DNA of 48,864 bases, the filler included, from Catajapyx aquilonaris (taxonomy: Eukaryota), in NCBI GenBank assembly GCA_000934665.2. It is 2 parts of 2 records of this genome, joined end to end, with 100 filler letters (N's around TTAATTAATTAA, not from the genome) between each part and the next. Parts side by side here need not be neighbours in the genome. Positions count along the whole stretch, not along the records: positions 24,468 to 48,864 come from JYFJ02005533.1; 1 more part is not named here. One strand, given 5' to 3'. The notes below the pieces were generated by a model. That model was not told the origin of the DNA and made no database searches. It saw only the letters and a program-made list of their open reading frames with translations. Shown piece after piece: positions 24,468 through 36,157 of this stretch. The first letter of the stretch is position 1, and each line of letters begins with the position of its first letter. The translations under genes and the position numbers were made by a program.

Positions 24468-24995
24468 AACTGATATCTTAAAACGGAATATGCCAAAAAA
24501 ATCCAAAAAATATGGGCGAATTTATTATGTAGTTTCCAAAATGAAGGCTAGTTCCCCATTGTGTCAGGGATTTACCCAGAGTTTTACCTGGCGCTCTGGC
24601 ACAAGGGAAATGGAATTAATTCCTGACGTTGGACATGTTTGCGAAGCGCATCCCCGGCCACCGTGATGTTATCGCCGAGGCCAATATACTCTGCCTAGAT
24701 TGCAATATCTCGGTATCGATATAACGATTCACATGCTCATACTCTTGAAAGAATGAGAAAAAGACTCATCGAATCACGAGCGAGTGATTTTCCCATGTAA
24801 ATACATGTTTACATTCTGGTTTGGAAATTCAAATTTTACCCTTCAAAGATTTGTATAATTAATAGGCATATGATAGATGCTAAGTAAATGTTAGACTTAC
24901 AGATCCTGCGAATCAGACAAAGATCATGAATCTTATTGTCAATCTTCAAGCCGTAAGATCCTTGATTACCTATAATCAGGCTCAAAATAACTACT

Positions 24996-25003
<8 letters not shown>

Positions 25004-25046
<43 letters not shown>

Positions 25047-25379
25047 TAATTAATTGGGTATTCGGCTAGCCCCAGAGGGGCCTTCTGCCAGACCTTTATT
25101 TTGATGGAATACAATTTATGGGAATCCTATTTTTGAAGCGCCCGGGCCCACTGGCAGGATGACAGGAGGGGATGTGCAAAGTGCAGTGAATCTGACGCTG
25201 TGGTCATTTTTAGTGAACTCCCCCTGGTGGTTTAGTCTGTAGGATATACCACCCGAGACGAAGCCAGAGGTGACCCTGAACTCTGCACGAGATGAAGGGG
25301 GTGTCCCCGGGCTGGGATCGAACCCGGGACCTTAACATCCGTGGGCGCGCACGTTACCGCGGCGCCACTCCGTCTCCCC
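25004..25379 (-). mobile_element. tRNA-derived SINE, copy B
   Basis: Highly similar to 6839-7229; A and B boxes; (TAA)n tail; TSD AACTACTGTAATAAT (24989-25003, 25381-25395). Confidence 0.85.
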
Positions 25380-25844
25380 AAACTACTGTAATAATTATGT
25401 AGGATAGCTATAATGCTATAAAAGAAACCGATTGAAATTTCTTAGTATTCGTCCTGATGTGATACCGGTATGTCAGAATATGTCTGACTATCTGGTGATC
25501 AGGTACTTCTTCCACCAGGGGTGTACTTGCAGTATTCCAGGCCAGACAGGAGACCACTCCATGGATCAAGGAAGCAGACTCTGTAATCTTGCTCTCCTGA
25601 GTGTAGAAAGAGAAGAAACTGACAAAAACTGACTTTGACCGCATCATAGGCCAAATATTGCATCAGGTTTTTCATGCACTTTTTAAACCCTGGCATATGA
25701 CACAAATGCTAACTCATGGAAGCAACATGATGCCGAATGAATGCTAGTCGGACACCATGTATGCTAGTCAGACACCATGTATTTGTATTAATAACCATGC
25801 GAGTTGCCCCTACACCAGTGCACCACTTTCTATTCGGCCTCATG

Positions 25845-25952
25845 GCAATCGCTTGATTGCACATTATCAATTTCTTTTTCTGCCAGTCTCCACCACATTT
25901 GGAAACAAATACAGGTATAAAAGCTGTTTCTCTCCGAGATTTGATATCACTT
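25845..25952 (+). promoter_or_regulatory. Core promoter of Gly-rich gene 1
   Basis: GCAATCGCTTGATTGC palindrome (25845-25860), TATAAAAG (25916-25923), TCACTT Inr-like motif (25947-25952); same layout upstream of genes 2 and 4. Confidence 0.7.
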
Positions 25953-26005
25953 CCTTCGGCACCTCCAGCAGAAGACATCTCTCACTCCAATCCAACCTAT
26001 ACACC

Positions 26006-26380
26006 ATGGATTCCAAGGTACCGTTCATTCCAACCCAGAAGCCCCTTGTTTATTAACGTGGATATATTCTTGATTGCAACGTGCAGATACTGCTGGTCCT
26101 CGTTGTGCTGGGAGTGGTGGCGTGTGTGTCAGGAGGAGGTCACACCAACTACAAGTACGGGTTTTCCACAAAGGGCAAGTACGGGGCAGCCCAGGTGGAG
26201 GCTGGTGCAGATGACCACAAGTGGGGTTTCTCAGTCAACAACCACCACAAGGATGGGGTCAGCTACATCAAGCAGAGTGGGGACAACACTCACCACGGAG
26301 GATTCGAGGGAGGGTTCGGAGGTGGGGCTGGTGGTGCCGGAGGTGCCGGAGGTGGTTTCGGGCTGGGAGGAGGATTCTGA
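26006..26380 (+). CDS. Secreted glycine-rich protein, copy 1 (101 aa; exons 26006-26017, 26087-26380)
   Basis: ATG GAT TCC AAG|GT...CAG|ATA gives a MDSKILLVLVVLGVVACVSG signal-like N-terminus, then GGHTNYKYGFSTKGKYG...HHGGF and a GGGF-repeat tail; TATA/Inr upstream; AATAAA at 26425-26430; four paralogs in the window. Confidence 0.88.
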
Positions 26381-27007
26381 GGGGTTTAAATGTCATCGTG
26401 TAAATATTTATGTCATGGAATAATAATAAATGCTGATTGCCGTAACATATCGTAGACTGAATGTCCAATGATTTTGACCCATACGTCAGGGTGACCTGTA
26501 TTAGCCCTTTAGAATTGAGAGTCCTACTGCACTTTTTTAGCTTTTCAAAATCGTCCTCAAAGACGATGTTCAATTTTGCCCTGGTACTACTATACTATAC
26601 AGTTGACCTTGCTTGCGTGCGTAAGAATAATCAAATTTGTATAATAAATAATAAAATAATAATTCTTAAAAGCTTATATCTGTAGATCTGGGCAAGAAGT
26701 AAAAACAATCTGAGACCTGCCTGACTTCTGTGCCCCGCGTCACTTACTCTGTATAGTACAACACGCGTCATTGTTATGCGGTAGCTTTTTTCAGATTCTC
26801 AACTGTGATGCTCATGTTAATGCAATCAGTGATTATTGATTAGGTGAAGAAAGAAAAGAGACGGAACATGGCACTTGTGGAATAGGTCTACTCAAAAAAA
26901 TGTTTAAAACGATATGTTCCCATCGCATGTTTTATTATTTGTTGGATTCTACTCATAAGTGCAGCATATTGAAAAAATGACATGTCTTGATTTGCATATA
27001 CACCATA

Positions 27008-27973
27008 CACTCTTAGTCCGGTCACCTTTATTAAAGGTGACAAAACGGCCTGGTTTGTCACCTATATTTTAGAAGGGAATATGTCCCCTTGAAAATAAAA
27101 GGTACCGTTGAACCCTGTAAAGTTTTAGTCCGGTCACCTTTATTAAAGGTGACAAAACGGCCTGTTTTGTCACCTATATTTTAGAAGGGAATATGTCCCC
27201 TTGAAAATAAAAGGTACCGTTGAACCCTGTAAAGTTTTAGTCAGGTCACCTTTATTTACATGGGACAAAATGTCATCTTTTGGCCCCTTTATTTTAGAAG
27301 GGTATATGCATCCTTGGCTTGCCCGGAATCTTGCTCCAATTCAAACCCATCACAGCTGGTCACAACAATGGGGCGTGCAGAAGGTGCAACACAGCAAAGA
27401 GAACACAACGGGAAGCCTGCAAAAAACATACGCTTGGAAGCATGGTCGAAACGACTGACATAGGCCGCTTCACAAATTCGGCGGAAAGCTGAGCGGGCGG
27501 AAAGCGCCGCCATCTTGCCTCCTCCAACCGCCTGCTATCCGCCCGCTCGAGTCCATTCAGAAGGACTCGAGCGGTTCCCACCGCCCGCAGCGTCACCGCC
27601 GAATTTGTGAATTGCCAGCGCTCACATTCCGAGTCCCAAAAGCACGCTTTCCGCCCGCTTTCCGCCCGCTCAGCCATCTGCCGAATTTGTGAAGCGGCCT
27701 TACCTGGACACTGCGGTGGCAATCCCCAGTCTGGCCAGGCCCAGGCCACTGTGTCACCAAGCTGACCTCAAGCGTTGGCAGCCAACTGATCACATCAACA
27801 GCCGCGCAAAAGGTACAGACCAAAGCGAAACCAGTAGTGATGTGACGAAAATAATGTAACGGTCCTCCTGACACCTTTATTCAACGCATCCCTTATAATT
27901 CCCTACTGCCGCATTACGGATCAACTTTAAAACAACACTAAAGGGGATATTATAGGTGACCGGACTAAGAGTG
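27008..27973. mobile_element. Non-autonomous TIR element (TA TSD) with 112-bp internal tandem repeats and a nested MITE
   Basis: TA-CACTCTTAGTCCGGTCACC ... GGTGACCGGACTAAGAGTG-TA; repeat units start at 27013, 27125 and 27237. Confidence 0.8.
27463..27699. mobile_element. Nested Harbinger-like MITE
   Basis: GGCCGCTTCACAAATTCGGC ... GCCGAATTTGTGAAGCGGCC. Confidence 0.7.
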
Positions 27974-28114
27974 TAGGGATACAGACAAAAGCTTTTTATT
28001 CACGGTATACATTGTGTCGATATGTTAATGTAACAAGAGTACGGTACTACATACTGATTATAGTGTAGCCTATAGCATCAAGTGCAATAGAAGAGTAGAA
28101 GAGTCCGAAAGACG

Positions 28115-30303
28115 TCACACGCAGTGCTTGAGGTGACTAATGTGTGACGTATATTTGTCGTCGAGATATTTCAAAAAATTGGTCACTCGTTGCCCCTTCT
28201 TTTCATCACATCTATAATTCTCTCTCTCGTCTTCTAATTTCTTCAGGTAAGGCTGGAAATACATTGTATTAAATAATAATTGTTAGCAGTAGCTACAGGT
28301 TGCACCATAACCACTATGTCAATGTTAAATTAAGTATATGTCAAAAAAGTTATCAACAAATGTATACTTGCGTTACAGTAAAAGCCATATTTAAGACGTG
28401 TCATGCTTGCTTATTGTATCATTTCTTTAGGTCTCCTACACTGCTAACTACCAGTTTTTAAGGGAAAGTTGTGATGCATTGATTTATGGATGGATATACC
28501 TTCAGTTGGTCAGCATGACGTTGAAACATCAACATTCCGCCGACAAAATTCCAGAAGTCGTAGTTTGGCCACAACACCTTGTCAAATGCAATGACGCTGT
28601 ATGCACACTGGAACAAGAAGCTGATTATGCGTAAATTAGCTAATAGCGCAATAATGAGCACCAAGCTTCACTGAAAAATGAACGTGTATATACTGCACGT
28701 TTCAAATTGAACAAGAATTACCTGCCAGAGCATGAAGTTGGAGAGCCTCATTTCTCCAGAGGTTCTGACGATCATGTCAACTGGAGGTAAGTCCGAAGTT
28801 TGAAGACACTGCTCCATCAGTGCCTCTGACACGTCATCTGGTTCGATCAGACCTTTCCTCACTCCTTCCTTCAGCTGGTTTATGGCGTAGGTTATGTCAT
28901 CTCGGCCTAAGAAAGAAAGATTATTATTATTATTATCTATTCCCTGCATAAAGTAGTATTCTGAATTCTGACTAATCCTTAAAAATACTAAGGGAATTTG
29001 GATATTATATGATCGCGTTAATTGCTCACCAGCATAAGGCATGGCCACAGTGAAGACATGCTTATTACAATGACGAGTTCTCTCCATCAGCTCCCCAGCC
29101 AAAACTCGTAGCTTCTGTGGAAATAATTCCAATCGTCCAATAACCCGAAATTGGATTCCATTCTTGATCATGAAATCTCTGTAAAGGTGAACAATACCCC
29201 AAAATTGTACTTGTGCAAACACCCAAAGGGAACACACCAGTTGACCAAAATTTAGTGACACGCACTACTCATCGACCTATGCAGGAAGCCAAATTATTAT
29301 ACCTCTGCGTTGCGCGGTTGCGTAAGTACAGAGTGTCAAATGTTCCCATTTTCGCGCCTTTTTGATACGTTCGCTGTCACTTGGAGGCCCATATCTGGTA
29401 GAAGGTCATGTCAAATATAACATTTGATATGTGCATTGGAAGCGTATTAGTTTTACGCTCTATGAGATGGTCATACTCAAAATTGAAAAATCCAAAAATT
29501 CAAAATCAAAGATGGCGCCCAAATCATTGATGTTGATATTGGTCATGAATCGAACCCTACGATTTCTTTTGAATGGCACTTAAAATGACAAGGGCAATGT
29601 TTACTTCACATTTCCGAAAAATCTGGAGAACCCTTTTTCGATATTTGCCGACAATAATAGCCGACATGCTAAAAAGATAAGTCTCAACAGTAGCCTACAC
29701 CGTGTAGAGTCCGTTTTCAACTCTTCCTACGCCAACGCAACAAGCTTACTCACATCTCTTCCAAATATTGCGTCATGGCATCTTCAAACACCTTAATCAG
29801 TCCTTCAACTTCCTCTTGAGCTCTTCCAAAATTATCCAGGCTGAATGCAAAAGTTGTCACAGCGTAGACACCTAAGAATGCGCACCATCCTACCACTTTT
29901 TTCATTATCACACCACTGGAATTACAGTAGAAATAAGCAACTATGTGTAACGTATTTAGTATAGATTTCCAGTCACATTATTTTCCATGTTGTAACTCAC
30001 CCATCTGTGTGGCCTTGCATGATCGGAAGTCCTTTGGACTTGGCGTATCGTCTGTTTCCATCCATGATGTACCCAACATGACGAGGTACACTTCCTTGCT
30101 TTATTATGTCCAAGACATAGCGCTGCAGCCACGAGGGGTTGTAATACGACTTAGGTCGGTAGTCCTAAAATCATGTGTAGTGTAGGTAAGACATAATTAT
30201 GTACATTACAATACATGATGGAAATGCTTTGGACCATCTGGCACATTAGTTATGAACAATGAGTCGGAAACTATCAGTAAAGTATAAGGTGTCAGCTTAC
30301 CAT
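28115..30303 (-). CDS. DHDDS: cis-prenyltransferase, dehydrodolichyl diphosphate synthase-like (302 aa, 7 coding exons)
   Basis: Exons (minus): 30301-30303 (ATG), 30001-30164, 29754-29915, 29030-29178, 28722-28906, 28500-28607, 28115-28252; all GT-AG and phase-compatible, 909 nt in total. Motifs [76 protein letters not shown]-like run ~30385-30397; AATAAA 28000-27995. May be a paralog rather than the ortholog. Confidence 0.9.
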
Positions 30304-30436
30304 TGTCTGTTATTACTATAGCGGCACTTCTTAACAGTCTGATGAAGGGAATGTGATTCAAGCTGAGACAATCATCCTGACTCTTTATATATATATAGCT
30401 ATATGCCTAGCCTAAAGTGTACAATACACCTGACAA

Positions 30437-30727
30437 AAGGTGCAGGATGAGGGGAAACTTATGCGTCAGCATTATCTAACTTGACTTTATAGAAGAAATA
30501 ATATATTATTGTTTGCAATAGGCGCGAATCGTAGAAAAATATAAACAGGCACAGATTTCCCATGGGAACAAAAGGTGGAGGATGAGTGGAAACCTATGAG
30601 TCAGTATTATCTAACTAATGACCTTGGTAGTGCTCATTAACAGAAAAAATTATTATTTGCAATAGACGCAAATTGAGAGAAAAATATAAACAGGCAGAGA
30701 TTTCCCATGGGAAATCTCTGCCTGTTT
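30437..30727. repeat. Local tandem duplication ending in a 40-bp perfect palindrome
   Basis: AAAAGGTG.AGGATGAG.GGAAAC.TATG.GTCAG.ATTATCTAAC at ~30437 and ~30570; palindrome AAACAGGCAGAGATTTCCCATGGGAAATCTCTGCCTGTTT at 30688-30727. Confidence 0.75.
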
Positions 30728-30826
30728 GCGCATAAGTTTCCACAGCGTCACACCAACTGTTGCTTGTTACAACATCATGTTACGGTGTCATGAAACGTCT
30801 CTGCGATTTGAGGATCCATAACCAGG

Positions 30827-30899
30827 CCATGATGTACCCGACACTTCCTTGCTTTAGTAAGTCCAGGACAAAGCGCTCCAACCACTTGAAGTAATACAT
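30827..30899 (-). pseudogene. Degenerate copy of DHDDS-like exon 2
   Basis: Reads MYYFKWLERFVLDLLKQGSV----GYIM versus [28 protein letters not shown] in the intact gene. Confidence 0.7.
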
Positions 30900-31104
30900 G
30901 GCTGATGAGGACTACCTCTGTGCAGTTGTCTATGTGAGGTTTACAGTGCGATCAAAGGTTTATGTGTAATGGTGACACGCCTGAAACCAACTACTATGAA
31001 TAACATCTGAAAAGAAATTCATCCAACCAGCTTTTTTCATTAAATTTATAACGCCAGGGGTTACTTTATACGAGGAATTTAATGCCGAATGGCTCAAATT
31101 CTGA

Positions 31105-31180
31105 AAATGAGCCTGAAAGTTGCACTTGCACCTTGCACATCTTCCAATCACCCTGTACCTGCGGACCCGGGCATTTCGTC
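31105..31180 (+). mobile_element. Fragment of the same SINE family
   Basis: TTGCACTTGCACCTTGCACATC...CACCCTG...CCCGGGC matches the SINE body at ~42263-42317. Confidence 0.5.
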
Positions 31181-33221
31181 TAGAGAGAAGAAACTTGATG
31201 AGGAAAAATAAAGGTGTGAGACGTATACACTACACCCAATTAGAGGCACGACCTTGCAAATTTAATAATTACAGAAGGCAAGATGGGTAAGATAAGTCTA
31301 TCACGATACTTCTTTATATAATAATGGGATTCCTGGCCTAAAATTAAGGTACTGTACATTGCGTGGGAAAACGCTGGTGCTGAGAGCCCCACGAAAAACG
31401 CGCATGAGGCGGCAACAAAAACAAATTATTGCAAAAATAATTGCAAATATAAGCAGCGCCAGTGATGTGGGTATAAAGAAGGGTATCATTAGCAGTTTTT
31501 CTCGAAATAGAGATACCTAACTTAAGTGCATTTTTTTTGCAGATAAACTGCTAGAGTGCTGATGTTTGTTGGGTACTTTCGTTGTGAAATCAGCACCCTG
31601 ATTTTGCATTCGTACGGGTCTACTAATAACGGATTAATTTATACCAGAACCAAAATTATTGGCTGCATCACAGAATTTGTTGCTGTTAAGCTATGTACAT
31701 GTTATTTTGTACAAATGAAATCCCTCATAGCAGAATCTTTGTGTGCATATTCAAAAATTAACTCATATTTTCGAACAATTAAAACTTGAACACAAATTCA
31801 CCATGCACATTGATTGACTTGCATAGTAGCCTACGTGGTAATCATTTGACAAAATATGCATAAAATTTATACAGTGTAAGGGGGAATTATTGTGGCACAT
31901 GGGCGACGTTGAAATTTTTATGACTGACCGAAGTAATCCAAATATTCCAGCAGAACTACTCTAGCCAATCAGAGACGACTGTGATGTCAGAGGTTGCCTT
32001 TCTCAGTAGCAGGGGTTGCAATAAGAGCTGAGGCTACCGATAATCTCATCAAAATTATAGAAATTCACTCATATGCAAAATCAGTGTTCCACAATTATTC
32101 TGGAGATAAAGTCAGCTAATCGGTTATGTTTTTTGGCTAATTAAATTTTGTATCGCTGTCTTTTTTCGTCTCATGGTCATCCACGATGGACAATGAACTA
32201 CCGGATTCTAATGCGGCTGGTGCGTGTCGTGGGACATCGACTGATCACCCTGCTGCCACCAGAGAGGCAACAATGGTGCATTTATATGAAGAACATTTCC
32301 TGTGTTCGGTGCATTGATTTGGTGTCGTTAGGTATCATAGTTTCACATAATAATGTAACTACTGTGGTATTCACGATAACCACAGCCTCAAACTATTACT
32401 CTCCAGCTTGCACTTTGTTCTCTACACATAGCATACGTGCAGAATAATGTACAGTATAGGTAAGACGTCATGTTACATGAGCACCTTGCACCGTTGCTTT
32501 ATATTCTTCTCCGGCTTTGGAGCTTCCTAATTTCATGGGCAGTCAGGTAAGACCCCTCTCAAACTGTAAACATGTGCCCAATGTATACAGGACTACTCAT
32601 CAATATTGTTAATTAATGGTAATTTACCTTTGCCTCTAATGAAAATGGTTTTGTCGTCGTGTTATCACACTCCCGCGTCATCTGTCAATAATATATTATC
32701 CCTTATAGTCTTATACTACTTCATTCGACTGACTTTAAAATTTCAGCCAGAAGGCCTAAATAGAATTTTGGTGAAACTTCAAAATGCCAATTATAGTAGT
32801 GTAGCTTTGAAGAATAGCTCGTCCATTATTATTTAATGAATACTGTATGTCGTATAGTGCTTTTAGTGGCACGCAGTTGTACAGCATATGTCGCGTCGTC
32901 CCCGGTTTTGCATGGGCCTTTTAAACCCTGGCATATGACACAAATGCTAAGCCATGGAAGTAACATGAGGCCGGATGAATGCTAGTCAGACACCAGTTAT
33001 TTGTATTAATAACTGTGAGTTGCCCCTATGCCAGTGAACCACTTTCTATCAGGCCTCATGGCAATCGCTTGATTGCACAGTATCAATTTCTTTTGCTGCC
33101 AGTCTCCGCCACATTTTGAAACAAATGCAGGTATAAAAGCTGTTTCTCTCCGAGATTTGATATCCCTTCCTTCGGCACCTCCAGCAGAAGACATCTCTCA
33201 CTCCAATCCAACCTATACGCC

Positions 33222-33593
33222 ATGGATTCCAAGGTAGGCCTGTTCATTCCAACCCAGAAGCCCCTTGTTTATTAACTTGGATATATTCTTGATTTCAACG
33301 TGCAGATACTGCTGGTCCTCGTTGTGCTGGGAGTGGTGGCGTGTGTGTCAGGAGGAGGTCACACCAACTACAAGTACGGGTTTTCCACAAAGGGCAAGTA
33401 CGGGGCAGCCCAGGTGGAGGCTGGTGCAGATGACCACAAGTGGGGTTTCTCAGTCAACAACCACCACAAGGATGGGGTCAGCTACATCAAGCAGAGTGGG
33501 GACAACACTCACCACGGAGGATTCGACGGAGGGTTCGGAGGTGGGGCTGGAGGGGCTGGAGGAGTTGGGGGTGGGTTCGGAGGGGGATTTTAA
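33222..33593 (+). CDS. Secreted glycine-rich protein, copy 2 (99 aa; exons 33222-33233, 33306-33593)
   Basis: MDSK|ILLVLVVLGVVACVSG...; GT-AG 72-nt intron; TATAAAAG 33132-33139; AATAAA 33639-33644. Confidence 0.88.
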
Positions 33594-34002
33594 AATAATG
33601 TCCTTTGCGTATCATACAACTTGTGCAAGGTGGTTTTAAATAAATGCATATAAAAGAGTTTCAGCTTTTAAAAAACTAATGCAGTACGGTTCATGGGATA
33701 CAGACAATGCTTACGTCTCCAATCTATAGGAAAGGAAATTCAATAACTGCTATATCATCAATTGTCAAGTCTAGAAGTTGTCATTTTTCTGTCATTCTTT
33801 TTGGACAACGACAGTGCAGTACAACATAATTCATACGACAAAATATGCTGCTTTTAGCAAGTACATGCATGACAATCTCGACCTGAGCATACTTTTCTTA
33901 TGATGTTAAGTCAACGGGAATCTATAGATTGGAACATTTCATCTTTAGCAGATTTGCATTTGACTGAAAAATCGCTGCGGTTTATTGCCAGGAAGATATG
34001 TA

Positions 34003-34894
34003 CAGGGTTGGGAAAAATGTATGATATGATTTGAATCACGTGGTACTGTGGCGTGTGGAGTGGCGTGTGGCGTGTGGCGTGTGGCGTGTGGAGTGGGGAA
34101 GGTTTGCCATTTGCAAAATTTCTGTCGTGGTCGCCAGAGCATTGTGCATTCTTTGTGGAGACTTATTTTAAAATTAACGAGTTCTCCATAGCTCTACGAA
34201 GGATATTTCTTTGCCATTTTGAGAGGGGATATCAGGACAAAGTTATCAACCACAGGACAAACATAAGGTGGGTGAAGTAATTCCTGAACACATCATCATC
34301 CCTGGACCAGAATAGCACTGGTCCAAGGACACTCCGGAGTCCTGGGCTATCGGCCATTCCAAGCGTCAAAAAAAGGTTCTTCGGGCCACTTTGTCCCTTG
34401 CTTTCAATTGTTGCACAGCTTCATCTTGTAAGGATGAAATTGTAGGACATCATGGATGATGCGGCACAGGGAGCGTGCCGACATGAATAGTGCCAAGGAG
34501 TGCCTAACTGCTGATCGCCAAGGACTTCGGAGGAGCGCATTGTGTACAGTACATCTTGGGAGGGTCAGCTATGGCCTTGGATGTCCACTGTTTTTTTGGT
34601 TCCTGATGCTGTATCCCGGAACTGCTTCACTCCCCCTACCATTGGTCAGGGACTTGGTTCTGACATCCCAGCCCAAATGGCGAAGAAAGATTCATTGCAC
34701 AGCTATGGTGCTTGGAGTCATTATTTTTTTAAATCAATCTCCACGATGACTGCATGGTACTTTGCAGACCAAGACATCATTTTTGAAAATGGCACACCTT
34801 CCTCACTCCAGCACACGCCCATGTCCCCTGCATGCTCAAACAGCACCACTGTACCACGTGATTCAAATCATGTCATACATTCTGCCCAACCCTG
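34003..34894. mobile_element. Composite of two convergent 5' fragments of a Tc1/mariner-superfamily element
   Basis: Terminal IRs CAGGGTTGGG...GATTTGAATCACGTGGTAC; plus strand SWSPEHCAFFVETYFK...RWVK; minus strand MMSWSAKYHAVIVE...RSPWRSAVRHSLAL...LQFHPYKM. Confidence 0.75.
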
Positions 34895-35366
34895 CCTGAT
34901 GTGAAAAACATTATTCATTCATGCCTTCCTTCATTATCGTATATGCAACTTTTGCAGATCCTTGAATTAATGTCGATGCCACAGGAAAGTAGAGTAGCCT
35001 TATTAAAAATCAATTGCTTATATCTTTCATATTATCATATTACGAAACTGAAAATCAAAGTTTCAATATATACGATGTAATATATAGATCTGCGCGTACT
35101 ACTCACTTAATTTACAATTTCGCATAATGAATTGTGCCGTGATTTATTGATCATTATTAAAACCAGATAACAGTGCTATTCATTACAAACACAGCCTGAA
35201 ACTGTAAGTTACTTGCCAGCTTGAATGAAGCTTCCTATAGTTCTCCATCCATAGCACATATGCAGAATAATATAGGTAAGACTTGGTAAGACCAAGACGG
35301 CATGTAGGCCTACTCATATTCAATGAGCACCTGAGAGCATGTCAGGAAGCGTGTCCCATCCAAGGC

Positions 35367-35438
35367 GCGATGGTGGTGTAGTGGTCAGCATAGTTGCCTT
35401 CCAAGCAGTTGGTCCGGGTTCGATTCCCGGCCATCGCA
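35367..35438 (+). tRNA. trnG-TCC: tRNA-Gly (anticodon TCC)
   Basis: 72-nt cloverleaf GCGATGG...CCATCGC-A; anticodon loop CTTCCAA; T-loop GTTCGATTC; oligo-T terminator at ~35444-35450. Confidence 0.93.
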
Positions 35439-35687
35439 CTCTCTTTTTTTCAATGTTAAAAAAATATTAAGGCAGGATTGTGACAGATGGTCCAGATGGT
35501 CCGCGGGTGAACCGAAATCACGATTTCATGTTTTTATCAAGAATTACCTCATGGTCCATCCAAGATGGTAGCGTAAACAACTTAATTGGTATAGAAGTAT
35601 CAGAAAATTACTCTACATCACGTAGGCCTACATGTCAATATTTACACGGAAGACCAATAGTCGGATTATATTTTATAAAGAACATTT

Positions 35688-35938
35688 GAGGGGTGTGGTG
35701 GAAAAACAGCATGATAACTGACAACGGTGTAATTTTTCAGGAGAGCGAATTGAAGTTTGCATTTTCTTAACAAATCATAGGGAATGCTGATTTTGATCTA
35801 GTCCGTGTGGCCGTCTCATGCACGATACATGAACTTGGAGTATACCAAACTGTTTGTCATGTCTTATACATAGTTGCTAGGTGTTTAGGTAAAAAATGAC
35901 AAAAATGTCAGTTATCATGTTTTTCCACCACACCCCTC
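35688..35938. mobile_element. MITE with GAG...CTC termini and 4-bp ATTT TSD (Sola-like)
   Basis: GAGGGGTGTGGTGGAAAAAC...GTTTTTCCACCACACCCCTC, flanked by ATTT on both sides. Confidence 0.7.
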
Positions 35939-36031
35939 ATTTTATTTAGACGGCCATGGTATACCATCACTTTTCCTACACTGCAATAATATTCTAAAAC
36001 AGCACACCTTACATTTCTACGATAGTACTTA

Positions 36032-36157
36032 GGGGCGGCTTCACCGAGCTCGGTATATGATAAAACCAGGTTTCTTCAGGAAAATCCATACAAAAATGTA
36101 GGGATTTTCTGAAAGAACCCTGGTTTTATCATATACCGAGCTCGGTGAAACCGGCCC
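36032..36157. mobile_element. Palindromic Harbinger-like MITE
   Basis: TTCACCGAGCTCGGTATATGATAAAACC inverted arms; TTA TSD. Confidence 0.75.

Noticed and set aside
25857..26423. Long alternative-frame ORF (CWEWWRVCQEEVTPTTSTG...) overlapping all four Gly-rich genes
   Set aside because: Shadow frame: no proper ATG or splice-compatible start, and its conservation follows from near-identical DNA.
28668..29261. 197-aa ORF as a complete single-exon prenyltransferase
   Set aside because: It reads through a stop-free intron and lacks the N-terminal DGNRR motif; the spliced 7-exon model explains it.
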